DNA of 63,993 bases, counting the filler, from Ionaspis alba (lineage: Eukaryota): assembly GCA_964255285.1 (NCBI GenBank). It is 6 parts of 6 records of this genome, joined end to end, with 100 filler letters (N's around TTAATTAATTAA, not from the genome) between each part and the next. Parts side by side here need not be neighbours in the genome. Positions count along the whole stretch, not along the records: positions 32,191 to 42,790 come from CAXUUL010000595.1; positions 42,891 to 53,487 come from CAXUUL010000596.1; 4 more parts are not named here. One strand, written 5' to 3'. Positions within the stretch are counted from its first letter, which is position 1; each line of letters opens with the position of its first letter. The notes beneath the pieces were generated by a model. The model was given only the letters and a program-made list of their open reading frames with translations. It searched no databases and had not been told where the DNA came from. This document shows, piece after piece, positions 38,201 through 52,409 of the stretch. The translations under genes were made by a program, and so were the position numbers.

Positions 38201-39076
38201 TAAATACAAGCCACCAGATACAACATCTACGCCAAGAGAGGAGAGCCAGACTCTGTTGCGCTCCAAGAAGCCCCGCGGCCCCGCCGTTGTTCATAAAGGA
38301 CACCATCTGGTGCTGAAAACGAAGGAGGAAATCAGTCATGAATCAGTCATATCCACCCAATACAATTTCTTTGCCAATCAGACCATACTATCCGCGTGCC
38401 TCGTCCAACGTCGTAGACCAATCCCATGTGCCGTAGAGTGTTAGCACGCGGGCCGGCATGCATAATGAACTGCCTTCCTGTCCTTCATGGCGGTGAAGAG
38501 TCAACATTTCCGCGCTAGTGGCTTAGCGAGTCCAAAATCCTCCCACTTGACGGACGACTTCACCTTTTCTCTTTTCCTTCTTTCCTCCATAACCACTTTC
38601 AAAGACAACGAAGTCGCACTAAACAATTCAAACAAGCATCAAAGTACCCTTCAAACAACAATATCGTCAAGAAATCATGCCGCAGGCTATCGCTGAGCTG
38701 TAAATCCCCCGCTGGGGGGCATGCGTGACCAGCTCGCATGCCCTTCCAGTCCGGCCAGCCCACCGAGAAATTTCAATTGACACCTTTGACGATATTGTTC
38801 CCCCCTTTTCGATTGCTTCGAGATTGTTTGCCTGCGTGCAATTGAAACCATTCAATACAATCGCACAATCGACACTCATTGGTCCTTGAGACTGACGGGT
38901 GTTTGTGGCTGCTTACTGCTTTGAATATCACCCCTCGAGTACACCACCCACAACCACTCAACTCTCAAGACCACCCCCACGCCTCAATCCAAGCTCCATA
39001 GCTTTCTATCCGATCGTGACACTTACTCAGCACATCCATTTCACAACGAGAAACTACTAAATAACTTCCGACCACC

Positions 39077-41300
39077 ATGGCTCGCACAATAAGCAGCAAT
39101 GCGATGCTGCAGCAGTACGCAACATCGCGTGAGACTCGCTCGTCTACCTTACTTTCACAAAAGAGCAGCTCGAGCTCTCAAGAATCTATTCCGGGCAGTC
39201 CGCCCAAAAACCAACCCCATATTTCCACACCTCCATCTCCACATCGCTCCAAGGTGGGTAGTACCCCTTCGAACACAACAGGAACAGGAGGAGCAACCGA
39301 GACTGGCAATGAAGATAGCGACGCTGAAGCGGATGGAGAAGATGATGACGATGACGACGACGAAGAGCCAGAGGAATCTGCCCCGTCTGGTAAACAAAGA
39401 CAAAAACGTCGTTATCAGACGGGGCGACCATGTACCGCTGGTCTCAGGAAGATCCAAAGTACTATGAGAAAACGCGCATGGAGTAGTAGCAGTGAAGATG
39501 TCGAGGAGCTCACTAGGCCGACTAAAGCTGCGAAGTCCATGCCAGAAATAGGCGGTTCGGTGAATGAGTCGGATGATGAAGATTATAATGCTGTCGATTT
39601 GATCAGCGATTCTGACGAGGAAGAACCGACAGTGGAGAAAATTGAGGAGCGAATGATTATTGATTCTGAAGAGGAGAATAATATCGACTTTGTGCCTCGA
39701 ACTATCAAACCCCGTTCATCGAGCATTTCTTCCGATGAATGGCAAGGCTTTGATCTCGAGGGTGGTTTGTTCTTTTCCGACATGCCCTTTTTCGACGAGC
39801 AAATGGGTCGCATGTCTCATAACGATGCTGCCAGCGAAGGTGGCCTATACGACGGCGGTTCAATTCTTGAACTGGATCATTCTCCAAGCCCTCCACCAGC
39901 TAGACGAGTCCGTTTCGTCGATGATGTTGTAACAGCATACGATAGCACGAGCTCCTCGAACTCTGATGCAGACAATGAGGTATTCCCGGACCTCTTCATG
40001 CACCAAGATAGTCTCGATCCGGGCTTTCGAAAAATGATAGAGAATGACAATGATGGAGATGCTAATTCGACATCGGACGGGGAGGGATCGTATTGGAATT
40101 TGAATGATAATGAAGATTTTGAGTTAGAGAAGCATGGACTTAAGGACGATGGTGACTCGAGTGACTCGTGCGGCAGCTCGAGTGGCTATGAAAGTGCGTT
40201 TGATAATGATCGCATGTGTTGTACCGATACTGACCTACTCTTGCTCAGCCGATCTGGGTGAGACTACTGACGAAGAAGTACTACCTCCAACCACTGTCAA
40301 TCGTCCTCAATCCCTACTCCGTCTTCATTCCTCTTCTTCAGTTCATCGGCGTGCTACACCAACTCCAGCATCAACACCTATCCGAAAAACCCCTTCCAAC
40401 ACAAACTCAAAACGCCATGGTCCATCCATGGGATCATGGATTGCCGATCCCACCAAACCTATCGCTGTTATCGACAGCACAGGAAAGCATATGGTCATAA
40501 TACCCGCCCAGCGCCCAGTCAGAAGAAGCAACACAACCTTAACAAGCCCCATGAGCAGTCCCGACACAAGTCCACACACTTCATTCGCAGCGCTCGCCCA
40601 TGCTTTCGACGACAGCGAGCACGACCCCAGTGACTTCTCCAGCCAAGACCGCTCCGTCACAATGCTCCCTTCCGCCGCCAATCTAATGATGCCCGGACTC
40701 CTCCACGGCGCACCAGGCATGGAACATGTCCTCGGTGGCCAAATCCTAGGACCCCCAGAAGCATTCTACTCCTTCAAGAGCTTCGACGCATTAGGAAACA
40801 TGCTCGATGACGACGATGAAGACGATGACTACGACGACGACGACGATAACGACGGCGAAGACCTCCTCAACCTCCACGACTTCATCGACTTCGGCGACTC
40901 CTCCTCCGAAGACGGAAAACCCAACGAAGAAGACAGCGATGCCACAACCCGCCCCACCACTCCCATAGTCCCCTATACCAATCTCTCTTCCTCACTGTCC
41001 AAATCAGCAACGACCCACTCCCCAGCAACCACCCTCCTAGACCACTTCGATCGTGGCGTCGTCTCCAGCTTCCGGCGCAACCAAACCCGTCACCAGAACT
41101 TGCTCCGTCGTCCTCCTATCAACACCACTCTCTACGGTATCAAAGGCGGTCGACACGTCGTTGCCAATAATCCCATTAGTCCGATAAGGAAGCGGAAAGC
41201 TAGTCGCAGCTTGAGTAGTGCGCTGGCGCCTTTCAATGGTATTGCGGCGAAGAGGAAGGTCGCGTTGAAGAATCATAAGAGGCATAAGAGCGTGCTTTGA
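39077..41300 (+). CDS. Ifh1/Crf1-like acidic transcriptional coregulator (putative), 1 intron at 40194-40248
   Basis: Highly acidic low-complexity protein; spliced SSGYETDLGETTDEEVLP resembles the CK2/FHA-binding (FHB) motif of Ifh1/Crf1; basic C-terminal NLS. Confidence 0.55.
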
Positions 41301-42790
41301 GAGATGTGGGGTTGTTGAGAATGTGAAAGGGGTTTAGGAGAGGAGGAGATATGACTTATGAGCTATGATGCCACGGTCTTTTGCTGTACGCTTTTGTTCA
41401 TGTGTATTTGTTCATGCATGCATGCGATGGATGTGATTCACTTTTCTTTTCCGGGAGACATGTACTCCTCTTCCTTTGTTTGATGAGGCTCTTGGGCTCA
41501 AGAGTTTGGGCTTGGGCTATTGCAAAAGCTTGTTGTTCGAAGATACCACAAAAGTCGTTTGTTGGGGTTTGTTCTTTGATATTGGAGCGTTTGGGGTTTT
41601 TTATATTTGTGTAGATGTGGTAAGGGCTAGATGGCAAATACAGGCTCAGAGATTTCTTAAAATTTTGCTTGTCAATGGGTTTCGTGATCTTTGAAAAATG
41701 AGGTTGTACTTCGAGCCACTTATATGATGGAGCCATCAAGAGCTAGTGAAGATTGTTATATATGATCGTTGACCATGTCCGGTGACTTTGTGTTTGATTC
41801 CTAAAGACATCTCGACCTCTGGCCTTATGATTGTTCCAGCTAATACCTTCATCTAGGACAATATACCTTGTTCACTATCATCCTTGAAGAATTACTTCCT
41901 GACCCAATTTCAATGATTACATCAACCACACATTGCGGAATGGCCGATTGAACTCTTCTGCAACTGTTCTACCTGAACTTTCCGCGAAGTTACCCAGACC
42001 CTGAGGACAGTTATCCTCACCTCCTACTCGACCGCAACGTACCGGGGTTTGACCACAACCATGACAGAACGCGAGAGTCCGCGCAAGACCCGTGCTCGTC
42101 CTCGAAGCTCTTCCCTATCCAGCCAAAAACGATGCAAAGTCCGGAGAAAAGACAGATCTAGGACGAAAGGTACGATAGACGCAAACACCGGGCAACTCAG
42201 TATCGAAGTTTTGGCATCCAGCTGGCCGTCGGATTTTAGAGGTTCAAAGATTTAAATGCACGGTTTGTACTTTCGAACCTACACACCCACGATGGCACCA
42301 GAACAGAACGCAGATGAAAGACAGCGATGCCGCTTGGCGTGGTGTTCTGGCATATATTGCGTGCACTACTGACGCCAGTATTTCAATACTTGCTCAGCTC
42401 TGGAGTAGAATTATCTAGGAGCTTAGTCGACGAGAAGTTCCTACTGGCTCAACTACCTAACGTTGAGGTCTACACCATGGCATCACCGATGACGATCCGC
42501 GGACTCGGCCCACGCGAGTACAACGCCAATCAGTATGTCAAAATCTCTGGAAGCTACATGCACAACCATTTGGGCCAGAGACCCTGCCCACAAGGACGGT
42601 TTGAATCGATTGGTCACTATGCCTTGTAGCGAGCGAGCAGGCTTTATCAGAGGACGTTGAATCCGTTACCGAGTATGCTGTATAGCAAGGCCACTTACTG
42701 GTATTTTTTCAAGTCTGCAGCCCTTGCAGCCAAAATCTGCTTGGGGTTCCCCATCGTCACGTTCTACGGCACATCCTCATCTCAATGCTC

Positions 42791-42890
42791 NNNNNNNNNN
42801 NNNNNNNNNNNNNNNNNNNNNNNNNNNNNNNNNNTTAATTAATTAANNNNNNNNNNNNNNNNNNNNNNNNNNNNNNNNNNNNNNNNNNNN
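42791..42890. other. Artificial scaffold linker
   Basis: N44-TTAATTAATTAA-N44. Confidence 0.97.
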
Positions 42891-44201
42891 GGCTGATGTC
42901 AGGGCTACCCCGCGCCTCGACATCCATTTGATATCATCAGACAATCCTTGAGCGGGGACTATGATTAGCGGAAGCGGGAAAGCTTTTCTCGTGGATCTAG
43001 CTTACAGGGAGACGTGGACTATCTTATGGTGAAAGCGTCCAGTATACATGTTGTCCATCTGAACAAATGGCTCTCGTCCATTTCTCAGTTCTTTCGACTT
43101 CCTTTGTGTTTAGCAAACATTCGCCATGTCGGTGTTCACGAAACGCTGTCCGAGGGATATGATGGCAATGATGGGTAAAGAATTGCCGCTTGTGATTGCC
43201 TCCTCATAATATCTTCCTGCCAATTGGAAGTCACCGAGTATAGAAGGTCTGTACCTCCAGGCACGTTTGCACAATAGGTTTTTGGGTCAGACGCATTCAC
43301 GCATTGAACGGCTAGAATATAGACTGCAGAAGTATTGATACAGGAAAGTAAACTCAACAAGCAGACAGGACGCGGGTGACACAAAACTGACGGAAAATAT
43401 TGAAATTGACATTGAGAATGGTTAGACCTCGTCGAGACACCAACTATGATAGACCGCCAGTACGTATGACTGCGCGGCCACTATCGATGTGATGTACGCA
43501 ATGCCGCTTCCTCGACTCCTGCCGACGTTCTAGGACGTGCGGAGGATTACTCGCCATGACTGAAAGCCTCCCATCCATCGCATCGCCAGGTGCCGTTCTG
43601 AGCTCTGGTAACAAGTACCAGACAACTTGATCAATATGAGCGTGCAGATTGAAACATGATTCACAAATCCAAACCTGTTAATGACAGGTGCCCCACAATA
43701 TAAGCGGTCAAAGAAGGAGGTTCAAGTATTGAACGGCAGGCAGTCGTCATCTTGCCACATAACAAAAAGCACAGAAACGAGTCATCCAGACCATACTGTC
43801 AGTAATTTCAGTATGGAAGTGCTTCTCATGCAGGAATGGGAACATAAGTGCCACATGCTCAATGACCGGCATGCTAATCGAAGTTTGCTTTCAGAAAGGA
43901 GTAGGATGAGTAGCCTGTAGTATTCGAGGCTTTGCGAAGGAGAGATCGAGATACAACGAGATATCACTACGCTGTATCACCTCCATCGTTGTGCAAATGA
44001 GCACGAATGTTCGAAGCCGAGTGTTCCTCATGAACAAAGTTCGTACCCTTGCGCTTGCCTCGTTCGGGTCTAGCTCAGATGTGGAAACTAGACCTCACTT
44101 ATGCTTGCCTACTCAAGAGTGCATCATCTTTCAATTGACGCGATCGACAATTCTTCCGCCCCTCAAAGAGCTTGATCGTTCTTAATCAGGTCTTCGCCAT
44201 C

Positions 44202-45953
44202 ATGAGGAGGATCAAGGTCTTTTCTGGGTCGTCCCACCCGCTGCTGACTGAGTCCATCTGTGAGCGCCTTGGCCTTCAATCGGCTCAATGCGAGCTCAAG
44301 AAATTCAGTAACGGCGAGACCAGTGTGAGCATTGGAACCTCGATCAGAGACCAAGATGTCTTTATCGTTCAGAGTGGTAGCAAGAGGATCAACGACAACG
44401 TTATAGAGCTTCTTATCATGATCAATGCGTGCAAGGGAGGCTCAGCGAGATCAATAACTGGTCAGTCGATTGGGGGACTCAGCATAGGTAGGAACTTCGA
44501 CTGACAATGGCAGCTGTGATGCCGTGAGTATCTCTCGTCGTCTCTACCCTGACATCCACTGAAACCTCAACCAAGCTACTTTCCCTATTCTCGTCAATCA
44601 AAGAAGAAGTCACATCGGGGAGCAATCACAGCACGCATGCTTGCCAATCTCTTGACAGTAGCAGGAGTACAACACGTGATCACAGTGGATCTGCATGTAG
44701 GAGTACCAGTCCCACTACCGTGCAAGGCTCTGACAGACTAGGCTTCACCTATTCAAGGCTTCTTCGGTAATCCGGTCGACAATTTGCAAGCCGAGCCTTT
44801 GATTGCTCGTTGGATCCGAACACATGTACCAGATTGGAATGAAGCAGTTGTCGTCAGTAAGAATCCTGGTGGTTCGAAGCGGGTTACATCTCTTGCAGAT
44901 GTGCTGAAGCTTAATTTCGGCATAATCACAACAGATCGTCGGAGGTCCCCAATGATGGAGAGCACAGTCCTCGACTCGAGTCTCATGTTCGGTCATGTGG
45001 GTGATCACGCGAATGACATTGATCGACGACGGTCGTTAAATGACACGGCTCCCCCTCCCGTTGAGCGCCCGGCTGAGATCGAGGAGGGCGGACCGCAGCC
45101 AAGAACATCGAGGACACGAGATCAACCCAATGACCATGCACATCCTACTCCAATATCGCACCGGCATCTGAATGGACCTGTCGGAGGAAGTCCTTTGGCT
45201 CAATCTACTCGCATCGATTCAGAATCTCCTCCAACGTCTAGAACGAGACTACAACGAAGCCAGACGGTGCCAGTACGTACAAAGAATACTGAAACTGATG
45301 ACCTTACAGAAGAATACACAGATGAGAGGGCGCGCGAGGTTATCACTGGCAGACTTATACAAGGCCATATCGTAGACGATGACTTTCCATCCCCAAACCT
45401 GTCGACCATGTCAGGCTCGATTGCAAACCTACCTGGAGATTCGATAGGTCCAGCGCAATTTGATGAGAGAGATTTCATGACTTCATCGATAATGTCGACA
45501 GTCTCTTCCTTCCAACCAGATGCCACAGGTGGGCCTGTGGATGGTGCACCTTCAGATGAGGAAGACGAAGGGTTGAAAAACCCAGAGCTGGAGCACACCA
45601 TCACCCTAGTTGGCAATGTCAACGAGAAGACCGTGTTCATAATCGACGATATGATTGACGGATGCAGCTCTTGGATCGCTGCGGCAGAGACGGTCGTGAA
45701 GCGTGGTGGTGCTAAGAAGGTCTATTGTATCGCAACACATGGTTTGTTTGGCGACGACTCTTTGGAGAGTATGGAGGACTGTCAATGCATTGATTTCATT
45801 CTTGTCTCCAACACATTCCCCATTGATTCAGAAAAGATCAAGTCTTCGAAGAAGCTTGTGATTCTTGATCTTTCAGGCCTCCTTGCTGAGGCAATCAGAA
45901 GAAATCATTACGGTGAAAGTATCTCGCAACTCTATCAGAACTTTCAGGATTAA
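44202..45953 (+). CDS. PRS1: Ribose-phosphate pyrophosphokinase 1 (with NHR insertion), 3 introns
   Basis: MRRIKVFSGSSHP..KKFSNGETSV; YSRQSKKKSHRGAITARMLANLL; VVSKNPGGSKRV; TDRRR followed by a long insertion, then TLVGNV..IIDDMID..ATHGLF. Confidence 0.92.
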
Positions 45954-47049
45954 TGCGGGCAAGCTAGATAGACAGCCATTCGGCAGCATTAGCGTGTCGC
46001 GTGGCATGAGAGCTCCTCTCGCTCCAAGTTATGATACCCATTGCTTACTACATGACTACTTCGAGCTAGATATGCCTTACTTGATTCGTGAGACGATCAT
46101 CACCCAGCGATGCAGAACCTTCGGGGTACTGCAAGAGCACCTTGAAACACACCACAAGGCTGTTCTTAACGGAGCGTTGGCAGAAAGATAGTCGCCCTTG
46201 GGTGACTGTGAGAACTGAAGGCACTGTTCTTCAGCTCCGGCTGCGATTTGAAAGGATTGGTGGGAGCAGGGCAAGAGAACGTCTCAAACAAACAAACTGT
46301 ATGCATGTTGCACAGCATCTGGCTAAATTCACGTAATTATGGGAATACAACCTGATGATGTTCTTGCCTTGGAAGTTTCTGGTTCTTAGACCATCACTTA
46401 TTCTGTGTGGATCTCATAAAGAATCTTGTGAAAGATCATGCGGGGGAAACAATATCATCACTGAATTACCCTGGAGACGCGAGCTCTGGTAAATTTCCCG
46501 GCTTAAGATGCTCCAGGTAGCTTCAGACTATTTTGACTTATTCACTCTCCACCCTCCACCTGTCTACCACTGAAACGCCTGACTGTCACACCAATCCTCA
46601 ATACCCAACATGCCCTCCGACATGAAAGACACGTCAGTCGTAAAGACGCCTTTTTATTCGCAATTGCAAGGTTGTGAATTGCGGGTATCTGCATGACCTT
46701 GATGTCGGCATACTTCAACGTCGGCGATAACGAAGACCGAAGCGTCCAAAGGGGCACAAGTTGTATCTTACCAGGAGTAGGACAATGCATCGTAGTTGCT
46801 CAAATTCCTGTGAAATAGGCAAAATGAGCGACTAACATTTTTCATACTAATCAAGGCTTAAAATCCTCAATCACGAACTTCCACGCCTGTAAAAGGCCAC
46901 AAGCACTCTTAGGTAGAATCAATCTCATGACATTGAATCTCGTCATCGAACGAGCCTTGAGGATACATCGACCTCAAGATATCGAGGCGGACCACTCGCC
47001 TGACTCGGAAATTTGTCCAGCTATCGAACAAAAGCTCTAGGGTACAGAC

Positions 47050-48278
47050 ATGTCGACGGCGGTCTGGCCACCAATATCGCCTGCAGAGCTCCTCATCGAG
47101 GAGAAGGCCACCCTGGTGAAGCTCTGCATCTCTGATTCATGGTGTATGCTAGGCTAAGCATATGTAGGCACGCGAACTGGAGTGGTTGTTGAGCTCCTTG
47201 CAAGAAACCCTGGCGTCACTGAAGAGTGGGCTGGAAGAGTGCATCGCTCTTCTGGCGCCGAAAGAACCAGGTTCTACACTTGTGGTGTCGTCTCCCAGGT
47301 CTGAAAGTGTCAAAGGCTTTGTTACTAGGGTTGGAACGAGGATTGTGAAGGGGGTAGGCATAGGTTCTCTTCCATTTATCTCAAGCAGTCAATCATTTAC
47401 TGGGCTCGTTTTATGCAACATGAATATGCTTTTTCTTCTCAAGCTTTTGGGAGGGTCTACATCCGATGGCTAGCGCTGTAACTTCGCTTCCCTTGTGCTT
47501 CTATGCTGAACGTCATGCTATACAGGACATACACCTCCGCCTCCAAACCCTGCCAGCACCAAGAAGTTCTGCATCTTACCATCTGCACCTCTCCACAGCT
47601 CCTAACGCTCCATCTCTGATCCTTGACCAATTGACCACAGTCCGCAATCTTATTAACCAGTCTCTCGATGTCGTCGACATCAGCACCTGGACCGGGGACG
47701 CTCATGATGCAAACTTCATCGCAGGGCAATTACGCCTACTCTTCGACTCTGTTCAAGAAGCTCGTCAGATGTTGAAGGGAGGGGATGGAGTCATCAGCAA
47801 GTGGTGGGAGAATCCACTTGACGAGAACGTAAGTAGCCTTGCCGTCCTACGATCGAGCTCTGTTCTGTTAGTTTGAGCTTCGAAGGGATTGACGAGTCCT
47901 CCAAAGATATTCGATCCTCCTCTTCCATCAACACTCTCTTTCCACCTCTCCATATCCGAAGCCTCTTTGCTGCTGCACCTTCGCACTTTGCAAGTCACGA
48001 ACCTTGGCACACCAACATCGTTCACCACAGACACCCTATCTGGCCTTTCACTCCGGCAACGTCTTGGACTTGCAGCAAGACTACCAGAGCATGATGAGAG
48101 TGACCAGGTGTTTATGTACAGGGGACAGGAAGTTCGCGTTAGGGAGAAGATCAGAGTAGAGAGTCAAGACCCGAGCTTGATGTCTGTGATGGCAAAGTTG
48201 AGCGCTCTGGAGCATGGGGTGGGAGTCGCTCGGAGAAGCTTGGCCATAGTAATGGAAGGCGACGAAGATGATGGATAA
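47050..48278 (+). CDS. RAV2: RAVE complex subunit 2 / Rogdi-like, 3 introns
   Basis: MSTAVWPP...|ARELEWLLSSLQETLASLKSGLEECIALLAP..GSTLVVSS..VKGFVTRVG; VREKIRVESQDPSLMSVMAKLSALEH. Confidence 0.85.
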
Positions 48279-48447
48279 TTAGTATCAAAGCAACAAGTAC
48301 ATTCGTTCTGCAATGCAGCTGGGGTATCATCCTGCCTAACTCCTACAGCCAAAGGATTCACAATCGTCCAAGCGCTGTGCAATGCCCACTGCTTAAGCCC
48401 AGGACAGCATTCGAAGAAGTGCCCATCCGAACATTGGATCTCCATCT

Positions 48448-49099
48448 CTACTGCGCCGCCATACTCATCCTCAACTGCCTCTCCCTTTGCTGCGCCTGCA
48501 ACGTCAATCTATCAACCGCATAGCTCAGCCTCTCCTTTTTCTGCCGCATCTGCTTCAGTCTTAGTTGCTCTCTGCCCTGCTCCACTCCATCTCCTACATC
48601 GTCGTCCACCATCTTCTTTCCTTCTTTGCTTTGCCGGCCCACAACTCCACCAGAAGCCCGGCTTGAGGAAAGCCTTCCCTCTTGTAGTTCGCATTTTGCA
48701 ATGAGCGATTGTTCTCTCCGAGCCAGCTTATCAAGATGTGTTTCGACACGATTGAGAAGGGAGTTCAGTTCGGGCGTAAGTGATGCGAGGAGGGAAGATT
48801 GAGATTCAACAAGGGCAGATTCGGGGAGGAGCTCAAAATGCTGCATGAGAGATGTCAGTCCAATGACTCTCGGTAGAAATGCCGCCAGATATCGAGAATA
48901 TCGAGAAGAGGTGTGAACCAGCGCCGGCATACAAGACATTGTAGCGGAAAGCGAATGGTGGGCTCACCCGAGTAGTCTGGAGCACTTTTGCCAGACGAGG
49001 GAAATCGTTGACGCTAGTGTCTAGTATAGAGATGCTAGAGTTGAGGAGAGAGATACTTGATTGGAGTGAGGTGACGCATCCCGCGAGTGGCCCTGCCAT
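48448..49099 (-). CDS. SPC19: DASH/Dam1 complex subunit Spc19, 1 intron
   Basis: LAGCVTSLQSSISLLNSSISILD..VNDFPRLAKVLQTTR|HFELLPE...KKERLSYAVDRLTLQ. Confidence 0.9.
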
Positions 49100-49332
49100 C
49101 GCGTTCGTCGACTTGTCAAGCTTCTAGTATGTAGTTACTGCTCTTGCACTGAGTTGCCAATTCTATCTATGTCTAGTGGGATGCAATGCGCCAAGGCTTG
49201 AAAGCGGCATCTGATTTTGCTCAAGGCGGCTCTGGATCTTCCGCGAGCTTCGGGACGTCAAGCTTGAACTCGATCTGCAACCCGTACCACTTCTCAATTC
49301 CCACTGTATCAGCACTTGCCATACAAGTCATC

Positions 49333-49878
49333 ATGTCATTACTAGGCAAGAAGTTTCCCGGGCCTGTTGGTAGGTGTCCGAAACCTCACTGGACTTCCCA
49401 ATGGCAATCTTCAGGAGCTAACGGCGACAACAGCCCAGCCCATGTGGCCATTCTATACAGCCGGTAAGGTGCCCTCGTCCCAGCTGTGAACATCGATACG
49501 TTTGACCTCCTATGACGACAATCGACAAGAGATTTCTCAGCAATGTGTACCTCAAAGAACCCTAAGAGATTATCTCGGCAATATGGTTGGGACTGACAAA
49601 TTCCCATCGACCAGGACTAGTAATTCTCTACGGCGTGAACGCTTTCGCTACGACGCTGGCAAATTGTACGTTGACATTTCTCCTGAGCCCACCTTTCAGC
49701 TACTGTTCGAGTTTCCTGGCAGTACCGGCTGGATCCTCCACTTGGCTGGATCCCCAAACAAATAAAGGATGTGAGGGATTGGTATCGCTGACTCCGGTTC
49801 TTTGCAGCGGATGAGTACAAGAACGATCCCAGGAACCCAGCTGCGAAGACTGCGAAACCAACGGATAAGCGGACATAG
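49333..49878 (+). CDS. ATP18: Mitochondrial ATP synthase subunit j (i/j), 3 introns
   Basis: Spliced MSLLGKKFPGPV|AQPMWPFYTA|GLVILYGVNAFATTLAN|SDEYKNDPRNP. Confidence 0.9.
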
Positions 49879-50421
49879 AGGCTCTTGTAGGAGGAGTGCG
49901 AGTGGCATCGGTATTGAAATGATGGAGGTTGTACTACCAGCCTGTGACAGCACTGGACTATGTACAAAGATCCAATAGAAGACTCAACCACAAGTGAACT
50001 GCTCCCTACTTGCATCTGATCACACTTACACGACAATGTATATTCATTATTGTATTAGGATAGCCTGCCAGCATGTCGGTGATCTATCTATCGAAATGCT
50101 GTCTTGTCCCAATACGCACTGTGTCCCGAACCCGAGGAACTTGTCTTGTCGTCTTGAACCATATCTGTACGCTCGTCGTCTCTTTGTATGTATTGAGCGG
50201 AGTCAGCTACACCCCATACCTTATAAATGCAGGCACCGACTGCTGTCAATACGCCTCGGAGATCAACGCGCCTTCAATGCCAGTCAACATGAATAACCTT
50301 GTCGCCAAACAAAGCCATCAAAATGCCTACCTTGAAGGAACAACGGGAACGAAGAGTACAGAGATGTTCTGTCGATCCTCACTTCCCACAGCCAGCCAAA
50401 TCCAATTGTTGCTAACATCAT

Positions 50422-52409
50422 TCAGCGAGACTCTTTACCACGCCTCCGTAGCATATCGGAACCTGGGTTTTCTTGGTGTGGATGGAACATTTCAGGGGGG
50501 TTATAAACGTTCGCTTGTCGGCTGCACAAATTAGTATGAAGCTGACAGCATATACCAAGCGACTGAAGAACGGTGCTTACACTCTCATCGGTCCTGTCTT
50601 CGAGAGTCCTTCTTCCCCAAGTGAAGATGTTGATGGGTGATTTATAAGACTGCCTTGATAGGCTGAGAATCGGGTCCGATCTGTGCTGGGGTCTACACTG
50701 TGAATGAGAGGTATGTCAAGTGTTCGGTCGACCAGAACTTCTGGTACTGGCTGTATTGACAAGAGTCGTGTTTGATTAGAGAGTCCTGCGGCATGACCAT
50801 TGGAATGAAGCTGCACAAATGGATGGTATCCACGGTCACTGCATATGTAGGACGCTGTGTCTGTTGGATCGAGTAGACCAAGAGACTCAAAACCATTCCA
50901 ATGATCTCCAGCATAGCCTTGAACGGACGCCACTCCATAGTGTTTGTTTTCCATTGATGCATTCGGTGCATCTGGCCCTACATATTCGGGAGGTGGGAGG
51001 GAGGGCGTAAGCTTTACAGTGAGCGAATCAAGCGGCACATCAGCTGACATGGAGGTTGAAGTGCTGAACTCGTTCATCATGGATGAAGCAGCGATATCGG
51101 GGAGGTTGCCGGCTTCTGAGGTATCCTCGCGCTTGTACAATAAATCATAATGACCACTGCTGAAATTAGCTTTCGGGCTCGCAGCACTGACTAGGGCTAC
51201 TCACATCTTGTAAAGCAGAGTTATTGGCCGGGGATTTGTAAACATGGGCTGGCCGTTAGGTGTGCGAGGTCCTAGCCGGAGCGGCTCAATGTGATCACTG
51301 TCACTGCGGTCCAAATAGAGGATGTCGATGACCATGCCAGCGCCACCGATGAAAACGTCGAGAAAAGCCTGGATGCCAAGATGTTCGATCTCCACTACAT
51401 GGGGATCGATGCAATCCGCGCAATACTGCTGCACAGAACGTCCATCTTCTATGAAATATTCATACTGTTTGGGATTTTCTTTCATCCAACTACTTGTGAG
51501 GACCTGAGCATCTTTTGGTTAGCCACATGAAGACAATGAGAAGAGATTTGCACAAACCCTGAAGTATTGAATGATATTTTGAGAGAGATATTTGTGGTTC
51601 AAAGCTGCCACAAGGACGGCCAAGCGTTCCGGCTCCGAAGCTGCCAGACTTATGTGCTCGAGCAGATCGAGAGTGGGATCCCTCCAGTCTTCCAGAAAGT
51701 CTCCTAAGCCTTGTCGCTCGTAGAGGCCGTCCAGATCTCTCATTCTCCTTTGCTCGCTGCGTAACCTCTGGGGATCTGCACAACGGCAGAGAGCCTCAAA
51801 ATACCCAAATATGAGAGCTACAATGTGTAACATGTCAGCGGCGGGTAGTTTAAATGGTGATGTAAAATACCTCTCCAGCCGCAGTTGCCGTCGCCGACAA
51901 TTGGTCGAAAGAAAGCATAGACGATTGCCAACCACTATCGGAATCAATGGACAGGGCTATAGTTGTGCCGTTGCCGAACTCACTCTGGTCTTGCGAACAT
52001 ACACATCTTCCGCATTTTCGTACTGCTGCTGAATGACCGCGATTGGTTGCAGGTCTCCGACAAGAGTCCCCTTTGATGGGTGTTAGATTGTCAACGAGTG
52101 TCTAGAGAAAAGCGTGCTTACCGTAACCTCTGGTATATAAGCGTCCGACAGTGCCTGGAACTCTGCGAGCTCCTCCCGGCATTCTATGATCGGAGCGGAA
52201 GTTGGACCCGCCATTGGAACGTCTTGATTAAGTGGTGGCTGGTAAGAGTTGTGTAAGTCGAAATCGTCAGAGTACTCTACATAGGACGAGGTGGTAGGAT
52301 TGAGATGCTCGGGCACTAGAACATTAGATCCAACCGTCAACGTCGACTCGGTGTTTACAATCAACTCCCATGATTCCCAGTCCAAATTGGCAATAGCTGA
52401 ACTGAACAT
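50422..52409 (-). CDS. Otubain-like OTU deubiquitinase (peptidase C65), multi-intron
   Basis: YAFFRPIVGDGNCGWR catalytic Cys box; EIEHLGIQA, ILYLDRS, LLYK..GHYDLLY His box; last exon (about 50422-50521) inferred from a GTAAGC..CAG intron. Confidence 0.85.

Noticed and set aside
42049..43967. Short ORFs flanking the fourth linker
   Set aside because: No recognisable domains or consistent splice model; may be fragments cut by scaffold ends
46350..46465. Possible box C/D snoRNA (TGATGA...CTGA with a short inverted repeat)
   Set aside because: No recognisable rRNA guide sequence; the boxes are short enough to occur by chance
50073..50534. 153-aa plus-strand ORF between ATP18 and the otubain
   Set aside because: No motif; overlaps the inferred last otubain exon in antisense
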